Source: an uncultured Spirochaetota bacterium (GTDB lineage Bacteria > Spirochaetota > UBA4802 > UBA5550). Taken from it: DNA of 64,000 bases. The notes beneath the pieces are model-generated. The model saw nothing but the letters and a program-made list of their open reading frames with translations, made no database searches and had not been told where the DNA came from. The stretch spans positions 128,001 to 192,000 of the forward strand of contig CAWHAA010000010.1 of assembly GCA_963827275.1 (NCBI GenBank), written 5' to 3'. Each line of letters starts with the position of its first letter. The first letter of the stretch is position 1. Positions 19,263-32,852 of this stretch are shown here, one piece after another. The position numbers and the translations under genes were made by a program.

Positions 19263-19958
19263 TTAATATTTTTTCGATCTTTTGAGAAATTCGTTCATCC
19301 CCGCTTCGGAATCCTTGAATCCCTTCATGTACGACTCGGCTATGAACAGCATCGAGCTCAGGAAGTAGGTCATGTGCGGAACGAGGAAATCGCGCTTCAG
19401 ATCATTTCGGATGGCATAGGCCGTGGAATTTTTCACATCCCCGAGCTTCTTGTTCTCAAGGTAGAGCTTCCCGTTGACCGCGTGAGTGAAGACCACATCA
19501 TCGGTGTTTTCCGTTGTCGGGCTCGGATCGATGATCCGCACGATGTTCGTGGTGCCGGCCCAGTAATTGTGGTCGTATATCTCGGATTCTATCTTTGAAA
19601 TCGACTGGCCGTTGGTGTATATTTTTATTTTTTTACTCTGTACGCCGACGATGTCTTTCTCGAAAATTTCTTCCTTGATGAAGCTGTACTTGTTGATTTC
19701 TATGAAATCATCACCCTGCACGAAGGTCGTCTGGTACGGGATCACCCTGATATCGGTGGCCTTCAGCAGATTATATTTTTTTATCACATCCGCCATCTTG
19801 TTCGCAAGGGTGGCGATCTGCGCATCCAGATTCTTCCCGCGCTGGTCAATCTGTTCGGACGTCAGCTTATATTTTTGCTCCTCCGCCTTCTTCTCCTGGG
19901 CGGCGGAGACCGCAATCATCAGCAGCATGCCCGCAAGAACCAGAAGCCCCTTTTTCAT
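19263..19958 (-). CDS. Secreted hypothetical protein
   Basis: GGAGG RBS, signal peptide MKKGLLVLAGMLLMIAVSAA, Lys/Glu-rich mature part. Confidence 0.75.
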   Translation of the reverse strand: MKKGLLVLAGMLLMIAVSAAQEKKAEEQKYKLTSEQIDQRGKNLDAQIATLANKMADVIKKYNLLKATDIRVIPYQTTFVQGDDFIEINKYSFIKEEIFEKDIVGVQSKKIKIYTNGQSISKIESEIYDHNYWAGTTNIVRIIDPSPTTENTDDVVFTHAVNGKLYLENKKLGDVKNSTAYAIRNDLKRDFLVPHMTYFLSSMLFIAESYMKGFKDSEAGMNEFLKRSKKY

Positions 19959-20159
19959 TATGTCCTCCAACATGAGAGAATTGATGCCGCATGCCCCGTG
20001 TAAACGGCCGCATGAAAGCGCACCGGTCCAATTAATATAGTATTTCATTTTTATTTTCGGTGAGGGCAAGGCTTTTTCTGTAGTTTTTTTATATTTTTCT
20101 TGATTTTATCCCCTTCAACCGGATGAATATCACCGCACGTAATGCCAGGGACGATAACC

Positions 20160-21113
20160 ATGCACAGAGTTCTGATAGTCGATTATTCTTCCTATAAGGA
20201 CGCCATCGCCGCGATGTTCAGCGAGGGCGGGTACCAGGTTGACCTGTGCGAATCGGCCTTTGACGCCATGAAGAAGCTGAATGCCCTCGAGTATGACCTC
20301 GTGGTTTCGGAAGTCGAGCTGCCCGGCGACAATGCCTTTGACCTGTACCACTACATAGCGAGCACCTATCCCTACATCCCCGCGATCATGACCACTGAAA
20401 AGAATATCGACACGTTTTTCGATATGATCTTCGAACAGGGCATCGGCAATGTCCTGTGCAAGCCGATTAAAAAAGACGAGGTGCTGAACCTGGCCGACAA
20501 GCTGATAAATAAAACCAATATTTTCGGCATCGGCAACTATCTCCCCGGCACCATCGAAACGAAGAGGATACGCATCAGCAATTCACGGCAGATAAAGAAC
20601 GCGATAGCCGCCATCATTGAGCAGGTCCAGGCGTGGGGCTTCACGGTCGGGAACAGGTACACGCTGAACCTCATCCTCAACGAAATGACGATAAACGCGG
20701 TATACCATTCCCACGGCCTGACCAACGAGAAAAAAGAGCGCATCGCCGTGCGTCTCCAGGAGGGAGAATACGTTGACATGTTCTTCGCCCGGTCGCGCGA
20801 CAGGTACGGCATCGCCATCAACGACTACAACGGCAATCTCACAAAGATGAAGATACTGGACAGCATCAACAAAGTGATTGAGCAGAACGAGCTGCTGGTC
20901 CAGGCGTCGGAAAACGGCGCGGACGTTTCGGAATTCATCTCGGAGACCGGGCGCGGCATCGACCTGGTAAGGAAGCTCGCCGGGGAGTATTATTTCATCA
21001 TACAGAAGGACGTGCGCACGGAGATCATCCTCCTTTTCGATGCGCAGGCCGGTGAAAGCGCAGGACCGGGACATTCCTCCCTGAAAATCATCGAGGCCGT
21101 CGCGAAGGAATGA
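20160..21113 (+). CDS. Atypical receiver domain fused to RsbW/SpoIIAB-like ATPase domain
   Basis: VLIVD...DLVVSE.ELPG...KP, then EMTINAVYH, INDY.G and GRGIDLVRKL. Confidence 0.75.
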   Translation: MHRVLIVDYSSYKDAIAAMFSEGGYQVDLCESAFDAMKKLNALEYDLVVSEVELPGDNAFDLYHYIASTYPYIPAIMTTEKNIDTFFDMIFEQGIGNVLCKPIKKDEVLNLADKLINKTNIFGIGNYLPGTIETKRIRISNSRQIKNAIAAIIEQVQAWGFTVGNRYTLNLILNEMTINAVYHSHGLTNEKKERIAVRLQEGEYVDMFFARSRDRYGIAINDYNGNLTKMKILDSINKVIEQNELLVQASENGADVSEFISETGRGIDLVRKLAGEYYFIIQKDVRTEIILLFDAQAGESAGPGHSSLKIIEAVAKE

Positions 21114-21122
21114 CCGCGCCGC

Positions 21123-22544
21123 CTATCGCTTCATGACCGCGTTCAGCGCCGATCCGACCAGCAGCGACACGCTGAAACCGATCGGCACGAACCATGGCCA
21201 GAACAGATCGCAGCCGAAAAACACCCCCAGGACCGAGGCGATGCTCGCCGCCACTCCGGCGATAGCGGCGCGGTCGCTGAAGTTCCTGAAAAGCGCCCCC
21301 TGGATGAATATCCCCAGCATCCCGCCGTAGGTAATCGACGCGATGCTCAGCCCGAGCTCCACGAGCGGGCTTTTCGTGTTCTGCAGGAAAAAAGCGATGC
21401 CCATCATCACGCAGGACCATGCCAGCGAGATGCAGCGCGAGACCAGGAGCCTGCGCCGGTCCGTCATGTCCCTTTCCGGAAGCCGGAGGATGTCCATCAC
21501 CGTCGATGACGATATGGAGTTGATCGACGCGCTGATGGTGGACATCGCGGCGGCGAAAATCCCCGCCAGCATCAGCCCCTTGATCCCCGGGGGAACATGA
21601 TGTATGATGAAATAGGGCATGATGGTGTCGGGGATATCGAACGTTTTACCGCCGAGGAGGACGTATATGAAAAGCCCCAGGACAAGGAAGAGCCCAAACT
21701 GTATAAACACCAGGAGGCCGCTCCATATCATCGCCTTGCGGGCGGCGGCCAGGTTGCGGCAGGAAAGAATGCGCTGCACGATCAGGTGATCGGTGCCATG
21801 GGAGGCGAAGGAAAGGATCGCGCCGCCGATGATCCCGGAAAAGATATTGTACGACCCGAACACGCCGCGCCATCCCCCCGACATGCCGGTCGAGAACAGC
21901 TCCCTCCCCGCTTCAGGGACCGAGCGGTACACCTCCAGGACCGGCATGCCGAGGATATGGGAGATAACGAAGATCCCCGCGACGGCGCTTACCAGGTAAA
22001 CGCCCAGCTGTATGGAATCGGTGATCGCCACCGACCGTATGCCGCCGTAGAGCGTGTACACGAAGGTCGTGAGGCCGACGATCAGTATGGCCGGCCAGTA
22101 GCTGTCAAAGCCCATGAGGAGGGAGAGCGGGATGGCGGTCGCGAACAGACGGATGGAATCAGCGAGGAGCCGGGTGACATGGAATACGACGGCCATGATG
22201 CGCCTGCTCGAAAGACCGAAGCGGCTCTGCAAAAACTCGTACGCGGTCTCCAGGTTGCCGGCGAAATACCGCGGTAGGAGCACGGCGGCGACGAGGACCC
22301 GGCCCAGGACGTACCCGAGGGCCACCTGCATGAATCCCAGATTTGAGATGTATGCCAGCCCCGGTATCGATATGAAAGTGAGGGAGCTCGTTTCTGTCGC
22401 CACTATAGAAAAGCAGGCGATCGGCCAGGGGATCGTCCTGTTGCCGAGAAAGTAGTCGTTGATTGAGCCGACCCTGGCGCACGCTATGCCGATGACATTG
22501 ATGGCCAGCATGTAGACGATTATCACCGCGATATCAATCGTCAT
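21123..22544 (-). CDS. Sodium:solute symporter family protein
   Basis: DYFLG, SIVATETS, YGGIRSV..TD, DHLIVQR.L, AAAMST; many TM helices. Confidence 0.92.
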   Translation of the reverse strand: MTIDIAVIIVYMLAINVIGIACARVGSINDYFLGNRTIPWPIACFSIVATETSSLTFISIPGLAYISNLGFMQVALGYVLGRVLVAAVLLPRYFAGNLETAYEFLQSRFGLSSRRIMAVVFHVTRLLADSIRLFATAIPLSLLMGFDSYWPAILIVGLTTFVYTLYGGIRSVAITDSIQLGVYLVSAVAGIFVISHILGMPVLEVYRSVPEAGRELFSTGMSGGWRGVFGSYNIFSGIIGGAILSFASHGTDHLIVQRILSCRNLAAARKAMIWSGLLVFIQFGLFLVLGLFIYVLLGGKTFDIPDTIMPYFIIHHVPPGIKGLMLAGIFAAAMSTISASINSISSSTVMDILRLPERDMTDRRRLLVSRCISLAWSCVMMGIAFFLQNTKSPLVELGLSIASITYGGMLGIFIQGALFRNFSDRAAIAGVAASIASVLGVFFGCDLFWPWFVPIGFSVSLLVGSALNAVMKR

Positions 22545-23710
22545 GCGCGGGTCCCGTATATGCGGTATTCTTCGGTGATACCGGCGAAGACTTTTTCCTC
22601 CTTGCTCCATCCATCGGCGATGCGCTCGAAGGGCGCCCCGTTGATGATCATCTCACGGATAGCCGCGCTGCCGGTCAGAAGGTCAAAGGCGGGGTGGGCG
22701 GTATTGAACTCGTACACCCCGTCCAGGAAACGGAAACCGGGCACGATATCATAGAGGGTGCGCACCATGGCGACGCCGGTGTAAAACGGCCTGAAGCCGG
22801 CCGCGTCCGTTACATGGATGCCGACACCGCCGATCGTCTCGTCCCGATACTTGTTGAAGGTCGGCCGGAACCAGAGCGGACGGAAGCGCACGCCCGGCAG
22901 GCCGAGTCCATTGAGCGCCTCTGCGGCACTGCGGGGCTCGAGCCCCGGCGCCCCGATCACCTCGAACGGCGTGGTGGTGCCCCTGCCCTCGGACACGCTC
23001 GTGCCTTCAAAAAGGCAGGTGCCGGGATACACGAGCGCCGTGGCCGGCGTGGGCATGTTCGGCGACGGGGGCACCCACGGCAGGCCGGTTTCACGGTATG
23101 ACATCTTCCTCCGCCAGCCCGTCATCTCGATTATCGTGAGGTTCACGTCCAGCTTGAAGTAGTCAGCGGCGAGACGCGCCAGCTCGCCGGCGGTGAGGCC
23201 GTGCCGCACCGCTACCGGGAGCGCCCCCACGAAGGAGTCGAACCCCTTCTTTAACACCGGGCCTTCCACCAGGAGCCCGCCGAGGGGATTGGGCCTGTCA
23301 AGCACGATGAATTCGATATCACGCCCGCTGAGGGCCTTCATGAAATATACCATGGTATTGACATAGGTGTAATATCGCGCCCCCACGTCCTGGATATCGA
23401 ACAGTACGCAGTCTATGTCATGGAGGTGTCCTTCGACCGGGGCCAGGGTTTCGAACGATTCGCCGTACAGGCTTACGATATCAAACGGCAGGCCGGCGGC
23501 GGTTGAGACCGGCACCTGGTCCTGCTCGGTGCCGAAGAGGCCATGCTCGGGGGAAAATATCTTTACAACTGCAGCGCCCGAGGCGGGGAGGAGGTCCCAG
23601 CTGTATCGAAGTTCTCTGTCAACCGATGTATGATTGGCAATGATGCCGATCCGCCTGTTCCTGACATGGTCGATCCGCGCCAGGAGCCGTTCCAATCCGG
23701 TTGTTACCAT
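22541..23710 (-). CDS. namZ: Exo-beta-N-acetylmuramidase NamZ-like (DUF1343)
   Basis: NHTS, FSPEHG, FDIQDVGARYYTY, LDRPNP, WVPPSPNMPT, SEGRGTT.PF. Confidence 0.9.
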   Translation of the reverse strand: MVTTGLERLLARIDHVRNRRIGIIANHTSVDRELRYSWDLLPASGAAVVKIFSPEHGLFGTEQDQVPVSTAAGLPFDIVSLYGESFETLAPVEGHLHDIDCVLFDIQDVGARYYTYVNTMVYFMKALSGRDIEFIVLDRPNPLGGLLVEGPVLKKGFDSFVGALPVAVRHGLTAGELARLAADYFKLDVNLTIIEMTGWRRKMSYRETGLPWVPPSPNMPTPATALVYPGTCLFEGTSVSEGRGTTTPFEVIGAPGLEPRSAAEALNGLGLPGVRFRPLWFRPTFNKYRDETIGGVGIHVTDAAGFRPFYTGVAMVRTLYDIVPGFRFLDGVYEFNTAHPAFDLLTGSAAIREMIINGAPFERIADGWSKEEKVFAGITEEYRIYGTRA

Positions 23711-23756
23711 GGGCCCCGCATGCAATCATGAAATAGGTACGCGACGCGCACCGCTG

Positions 23757-24107
23757 TTATTGTTCGATTGTGCCGTTCGGCGTGACTTTGTCAATGAGCT
23801 TCGGCAGCAGGTCTTTCAGGATCACCGCCGTCTGTTCGGAGGAGAGGCCCGCCATCTCCGCGATTTCTGAAATCTTGCCGGAGCCAAGGACTTTCTGGAT
23901 GTTTGCGGCGGTGATAGGCTTGTTGGCGCCCTTGCTGATCCAGGATTTGACGACTTCTTCCAGCTCGCCGCCTTTGACGCCTTCGAGTATGGTGCGCATC
24001 CCGTCGCCCTTGAGCAGTTCGGCCACGCCGTTGACAAGGCTCTGGTTCACGCCCATTTCCCTGCCTATCGCGGCGGCGGCATCGACAACAGCGTCAAACA
24101 ATCCCAT
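23757..24107 (-). CDS. YidB (DUF937) family protein
   Basis: V.SWI..G.N.PI and LP..IDK.TPNG. Confidence 0.85.
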   Translation of the reverse strand: MGLFDAVVDAAAAIGREMGVNQSLVNGVAELLKGDGMRTILEGVKGGELEEVVKSWISKGANKPITAANIQKVLGSGKISEIAEMAGLSSEQTAVILKDLLPKLIDKVTPNGTIEQ

Positions 24108-24233
24108 GGCAAGCCCCCCTTGCTGAATATGTCCGTCATGCAGCGTCCCGCGCGCGAATTATTATGCCGGCAACAATGCAGGGCACCGGCCCGGCATAAT
24201 ACTTTCGGTGCGGGTCCCTCGCCGCACCACGCG

Positions 24234-24437
24234 TTAATCCGTGTACTTGAATGACACCCGCAGCTTGATCCGGTATATGAGCCTGCCATCGTCCACGCTG
24301 ATGTCCATCTCTTTCACTTCTGCGACACGGATGTCCTTAAGCGCTTTCGATGCGGTCTCTATCGCGTTCCGGGCCGCGTCTTCCCACGACTTATCGCTGG
24401 TCCCGATTATCTCAATGACCTTGTATACGCTGTTCAT
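24234..24437 (-). CDS. Dodecin family protein
   Basis: VYKVIEIIGTS..SWE.A...YR.KL.VSF. Confidence 0.92.
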   Translation of the reverse strand: MNSVYKVIEIIGTSDKSWEDAARNAIETASKALKDIRVAEVKEMDISVDDGRLIYRIKLRVSFKYTD

Positions 24438-24617
24438 CTACGTCCTCCCTCCGGATGCACGGATTGTCCGGCATGCGGAAATAAATTGATATAGTTGACC
24501 TCATCCGAGGTTAATTTCAAGTATTTTTTCACGCACCTCATTATTATGCTCCCCCGCTCCGCCGGCGATGCGGGAAAGCCATTCAGCCAGGTAACCGACC
24601 GGCGGGCCGTTCCCGGT

Positions 24618-24875
24618 CTACAGCTTTACGAGATACACCACGTCATGCTCACGGACCCGGTCTTTCACCTTGATCCCGATAGACGAGCCTTTTTCCGCGA
24701 CGCTCACCGTTGCGTGCTCGATCTGCATCGATTCGATCTGCTGCTGGAAATCCGTGCTGTGGCCATGGATCCGGATGGTATCGCCAACCTTGAGAGACCC
24801 GTCGGTCAGCTCGATGGCCGCAACGTTCGGCTTGGCGAAGTACTTGACGATGATGCCTATCTTTGTTTCTTCCAT
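24618..24875 (-). CDS. Small translation-factor-like beta-barrel protein
   Basis: IG.IVKYF.K..VA, LKVGDTI.I.G..TDF.Q...SMQI, GIKV..RVRE.D. Confidence 0.8.
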   Translation of the reverse strand: MEETKIGIIVKYFAKPNVAAIELTDGSLKVGDTIRIHGHSTDFQQQIESMQIEHATVSVAEKGSSIGIKVKDRVREHDVVYLVKL

Positions 24876-25037
24876 GATAACCTCCTGGATGGCTCCGGAC
24901 AAAGAGTACAAAACCGGCGGATTATACGTCAAGAAAATTAAAAAATATTATCACCGGCATGCAAAAAGAGAGTTTCAAGGCCGCATACCGCAAATATATG
25001 ATTGACCGGGCGCACTCTGCCAATGCAGAGTAGAGGC

Positions 25038-25637
25038 ATGATTCGTGCCGGTATAGTTAAAAAAAGGGTCTTCTGCGCCGCTGCGGCAGCGGCGCTGGCG
25101 CTTCTCTGCGTTGACTGCCGCAGGTATTACATCAAGAGCCTGCTGATCGGCAAACGGCTTGAGGGGGCCAATTTCTCCGGGATGGACTTCTACAACTTGA
25201 ATTTACAGAAGGCCAATTTGTCGAAGGCGAAGCTCGTCAGGACCAATTTCAGTTTTTCCAACCTCGCTGGCTCGAAATTCATAAACGCCGACCTGAGAAA
25301 CGCGGACCTGAGCGGGACCAACCTGTCCGGGGCAGACCTGCGCGGCGCCAACCTCAGGAACGCTGACCTCCGCAACGCGATCATGAAGAACGCCAACCTG
25401 GTTGACGCCTATTGTTACGGGGCAGACCTGAGCGGCGCCGATCTCAGGGGCGCCCTCCTGGCAACCGGCCGCGCCGAGGTTCCGGGGACGGCCCCGGCGC
25501 CCGGAGGGACCGGGTGGTCATACTATGTCCACTTGAGAAACGCCGATTGCGCCGGGACTGCGATCAGCGTCACGATGAAAGATTTCATCAAACGACAGGA
25601 AGTTAAAAACTTCAATAAGATCATATGGGCGAAATGA
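25038..25637 (+). CDS. Pentapeptide repeat protein (probable lipoprotein)
   Basis: Many A(D/N)Lxx repeats; hydrophobic leader ending in LCVDC; start approximate. Confidence 0.85.
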   Translation: MIRAGIVKKRVFCAAAAAALALLCVDCRRYYIKSLLIGKRLEGANFSGMDFYNLNLQKANLSKAKLVRTNFSFSNLAGSKFINADLRNADLSGTNLSGADLRGANLRNADLRNAIMKNANLVDAYCYGADLSGADLRGALLATGRAEVPGTAPAPGGTGWSYYVHLRNADCAGTAISVTMKDFIKRQEVKNFNKIIWAK

Positions 25638-25664
25638 TCCCGCGAGGACCGGCACCCATCACCG

Positions 25665-26774
25665 CTAAAACGGAAAAGTATATCCCTTCAGCTTGAGCCC
25701 GTCCCGCAGGGCAATGATGTCCTCCTGGAGGCTCCTGTTCACCGGCACTCCCCGGTCCTTTCTCTCCAGCCATGCCAGGTATTCCTTTTCTCCGGCCGTG
25801 TAGATCCGGTCCTGTCCCGGCATCTTTTTCGATGCCCTGATCTCCCTCAGTATGTCGCCCGCGGTTTTTTTAAAGCTTGCTACGTCGATGAAGCTGGCGA
25901 TGTCAATGGCGATGAAAAAATGCCCGAGATTATACGGGACCTTTTTGCCGTTTTCAATGCCGGTGAGCATCTTCATGAATCCGCCCGCCTGGAGGGCGGC
26001 GCTGAGTATCTCAACCACCGTGGCGTATCCGTACCCCTTGTAGCCGCCGCCATCTTCGCCGATGCCGCCAAGCGGGGTCAGAGCCGCGGTGCCGTCAACC
26101 AGCTGTTTGAGCGCCTTGTTCGCGTCGGTGGTAGAATTGCCGTCGGCGTCCACCACCCATCCTTCAGGCATGACCTTCCCCTGGCGCGCGTAGACCTCTA
26201 TTTTCCCGCGCTGTGTTATCGAGGTGGCGCAGTCGATGACGAAGGGGAACTCCTCATCGGTGGGGATGCCGAATACCAGGGGGTTCGTGCCAAGCATGTT
26301 TTCGACGCCGAATGTCGGCGCGATGCTCGGGCGCGCGTTCGTCCCGGTGATGCCGATCATGTTTTCATTGGCCGCCATGATCGTAAAATACCCTGCAATG
26401 CCGTAGTGGGATGAATTCCGCACCGTGACCATGCCCAGGCCGTACGTGCGCGCCTTCTCGATGGCGATCGCCATCGACTTTTTCCCTATCACGTGGCCCA
26501 TGCCGTTATGGCCGTCCACCACGGCGGTCGCCGGGCCTTCTTTGACGATCTCCATCCTGGTCACCGGATTGAGTATCCCGTCCTTTATACGGTCGATATA
26601 TATCGGTTTGAGCCGGTTAATGCCGTGTGAATCGATGCCCCGCTTGTCGGAAGTGATGAGTATGTCGGCGCAGATCTTCGCGTCCTCTTCCGGCACGCCG
26701 ACGGCCTTCAGCGCGTCTCTCATGAAGCGCTCCATCGTGTCAAAATCAATCCAGAAAATCTTCGAATCCTCCAT
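25665..26774 (-). CDS. Ldh_2 family (malate/L-lactate) oxidoreductase
   Basis: DKRGIDSHG, NSSHYG, GTNP, DCATS, YKGYG. Confidence 0.92.
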   Translation of the reverse strand: MEDSKIFWIDFDTMERFMRDALKAVGVPEEDAKICADILITSDKRGIDSHGINRLKPIYIDRIKDGILNPVTRMEIVKEGPATAVVDGHNGMGHVIGKKSMAIAIEKARTYGLGMVTVRNSSHYGIAGYFTIMAANENMIGITGTNARPSIAPTFGVENMLGTNPLVFGIPTDEEFPFVIDCATSITQRGKIEVYARQGKVMPEGWVVDADGNSTTDANKALKQLVDGTAALTPLGGIGEDGGGYKGYGYATVVEILSAALQAGGFMKMLTGIENGKKVPYNLGHFFIAIDIASFIDVASFKKTAGDILREIRASKKMPGQDRIYTAGEKEYLAWLERKDRGVPVNRSLQEDIIALRDGLKLKGYTFPF

Positions 26775-26875
26775 CTCAGTCTCCTTTTTACATAATAGGT
26801 CGTTGTCGCGCAATGGTAACGGGATGCAACATTAGCCCCCTCGCGGTCAGCGCGCAAGCGGGATTCATCCCCGCC

Positions 26876-26907
26876 AAAAAATAAAGGGGCTGTTTCACCA
26901 GCCCCTT
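26876..26907 (-). terminator. Intrinsic terminator after nifJ
   Basis: AAGGGGCTG-loop-CAGCCCCTT followed by a T-rich tail on the minus strand. Confidence 0.7.
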
Positions 26908-26933
26908 GTTGCTCTCATGCGACCGAGGTACTT

Positions 26934-30477
<3,544 letters not shown>

Positions 30478-30650
30478 CTAAGATCTCCTCATGAAATTTT
30501 TTATATCCACATATTGCCATTTATTCGGCAATTTTGAAAGATAAGCAGACGAACCGATTTTGATATTTTTTTTCAAATTAGTAAACAGCTCAATTTTCGT
30601 CAAGCCAAAGAAATAAACAGCGGCATTTCACGACACGGCAAGCGGACAAT

Positions 30651-30708
30651 AAAAAAGCCGGCGTCATGTTCCTCTATTTGATTTCAAAGAAGAAGATGGC
30701 GTCGGCTT
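30651..30708 (-). terminator. Long hairpin with U6 tail between aroB' and nifJ
   Basis: AAGCCGACGCCAT...ATGACGCCGGCTTTTTT on the minus strand, with an inner stem. Confidence 0.55.
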
Positions 30709-30803
30709 GTTCATGGGTACCACCCGATACAATTAATATAATCCGTAAGCCTACATAGCTGCTTTTTCAGAATAGCGACATGACCCGGCAACCGTCCGCC
30801 GCA

Positions 30804-31808
30804 TCACTGTTCCTGTATTGTTTCGTCAACCGCCATTCCGAAGTGGCGGCCGCCCTTTTCGACATGGCCGAGGACGCGGTCGCCCGGTTTGAGCGACGCG
30901 ACGCTTACGGCTTTCCCGTCAGGTGCGGTAAGCCGGATCGTCTCCGCGTTCTGGAGCACCACCGAATATTCGATCCCCTCAGCGTCTTTGGCATAGACCA
31001 CCAGCATCGGCCGTTTTTCGATCTTCGACCGGCCCACGCTTGACACATAGGTACCGCCGTTTTTGTCCACGATCAGCACCGGGTCACCCGTTTCAAGCTC
31101 GCCAAGGTATCTCGTCGCGTCGCCGGGCACTCTGATATATGAATGCACCGCTCCCGCGTTGATCCTGAACGGGCGGGGCGCGACATAGGGATTTTCGATA
31201 TTTTCCGCGTGCACGAGGAACATCCCGCGGCTGCTGTTGCCGACGAGAAGACCCTCACCCTGCCCGATATTGCTGCAGGTATCGACACAGACGCGGTCGC
31301 CGACGCCGATGTTTTTGATGCCGGTGATCTCCAGGGTGACCATGCCGAACGCCTCGCTTGCCAGCTCCCTGACAAAACGTACGACCTTCGATATTTCGGC
31401 CGGATCGTCAGTTTCAAGCACCACCCCGGCGACGCCCTTCTCCATTATGCCCGTGGCCACCTTCGCGTCCTCGAGATTGCGCACAAAGCTGTAGAGGCGC
31501 TCGCCTCCCCGCGGGATCAGGTTTTCGATCGGGATGATGTCCCAGTCGGTGGTGCGGACCGCGACGGCGCGCGTCTTCAGCGCGGCAGCCGCCTTCAGTT
31601 CATCGTCCTTGTTTTTTATTATGACAATTTCAACATCGTCAGGGACCTTCCGGTCGCCCAGCTCGGGCGCGATGACGGTGATGCGGCCCAGCTCCTTGAT
31701 CTTCGCGACGTGTTCCGGCAGCGTGAGTATCGCGTCAACGCCGGATTCCAGTGATTCGGTGACCAGCTTCTTGTTCCACGTCGGGAGATGCAGCCATATC
31801 TCCTTCAT
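30804..31808 (-). CDS. 3-dehydroquinate synthase II (archaeal-type AroB')
   Basis: [50 protein letters not shown]...ETI.E. Confidence 0.92.
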   Translation of the reverse strand: MKEIWLHLPTWNKKLVTESLESGVDAILTLPEHVAKIKELGRITVIAPELGDRKVPDDVEIVIIKNKDDELKAAAALKTRAVAVRTTDWDIIPIENLIPRGGERLYSFVRNLEDAKVATGIMEKGVAGVVLETDDPAEISKVVRFVRELASEAFGMVTLEITGIKNIGVGDRVCVDTCSNIGQGEGLLVGNSSRGMFLVHAENIENPYVAPRPFRINAGAVHSYIRVPGDATRYLGELETGDPVLIVDKNGGTYVSSVGRSKIEKRPMLVVYAKDAEGIEYSVVLQNAETIRLTAPDGKAVSVASLKPGDRVLGHVEKGGRHFGMAVDETIQEQ

Positions 31809-32569
31809 TTTGCTTTCCCGTGTACGATCTCGGATATCTTGCGCACGATGATCTCCGGGTTCTTGTGCTGGAACACGTTTCGGCCTATGGAAACGCCGGC
31901 GCCGCCGGCCCTGATGGAGCCCCTGACCATGTCGAGTATCTCCTTGTCGGTCTCCATCTTTTCGCCCCCGGCAATCACCACCGGGACCGGGCACCCTTCG
32001 ACGACCTCGCGGAATGATTCCGGCGAACCGGTATAGTTTACCTTCACGATGTCTGCGCCAAGCTCCGCGCCCACGCGCGCGGCGTGCTTGACCACCTTGA
32101 CGTCGTACTCGTTCTTGATCTTCGCGCCGCGCGTGTACATCATGGCCAGGAGCGGCATCCCCCACTCGCGGCAGGCCCGCGACACCATCCCCATCTTCGC
32201 GAGCATGTCCGCCTCGGTGTTGGCGCCGATATTCACATGGATCGATACCGCGTCGGCGCCGAGGCGGACCGCCTCTTCGACCGAGCATACCAGCGTTTTC
32301 GCGTTTGAATCCGGCGCGAGCACGGTGCTTGCGGACAGGTGAACGATCAGACCGATGTCTTTACCCCCGCTCCGGTGCCCGGTCTCGACTATCCCCTTGT
32401 GCATGAGGATGGCGTTTGCCCCTCCATCCGCCACCTTGTTTATCGTCGAAGCCATGTCAATGAGTCCCGGTATGGGCCCCACGGTGACCCCGTGGTCCAT
32501 CGGGACTATGATTGTTTTGCCCGTGTTCCTGTTGATGATCCTCTGGAGACGAATTTTTTTCCCAATCAT
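31805..32569 (-). CDS. 2-amino-3,7-dideoxy-D-threo-hept-6-ulosonate synthase (class I aldolase, AroA')
   Basis: [40 protein letters not shown]; overlaps DHQS II. Confidence 0.88.
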   Translation of the reverse strand: MIGKKIRLQRIINRNTGKTIIVPMDHGVTVGPIPGLIDMASTINKVADGGANAILMHKGIVETGHRSGGKDIGLIVHLSASTVLAPDSNAKTLVCSVEEAVRLGADAVSIHVNIGANTEADMLAKMGMVSRACREWGMPLLAMMYTRGAKIKNEYDVKVVKHAARVGAELGADIVKVNYTGSPESFREVVEGCPVPVVIAGGEKMETDKEILDMVRGSIRAGGAGVSIGRNVFQHKNPEIIVRKISEIVHGKAK

Positions 32570-32852
32570 GGTTGCACCTCTTGATGTCATTGTCCGTGCG
32601 GGTCCGTCCCGGACCACAAAAAGAATTCTCGCGCCGGTGGGTTCAAACAGTCGATCGCCCTTCCGTACGGATCTTCACTGAAGATTAAGCAAGGATTAAT
32701 AGACAATACTTTGAAATTAATCAGCAAAGTCAAGTAATTTGGAGCACACGGTAAAAATAATTGACTATTTTAAGAAAACGGGATCTACTATCTGCGATAA
32801 TTATGTCATCTTTTTATGACGCAGACGGTTGGCCGGAGGAGACTCTACGGAC

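Noticed and set aside
30700..30730. GGGTGGTACC resembling a T-box antiterminator
   Set aside because: No room or motifs for stem I, and the downstream gene (nifJ) is not a typical T-box target
31809..32288. Apparent 160-aa N-terminal extension of DHQ synthase II
   Set aside because: Out-of-frame read-through of the aldolase gene; homology begins at MKEIW (31808)
32630..32670. GGTTCAAA, tRNA T-loop-like
   Set aside because: No T-stem pairing or cloverleaf
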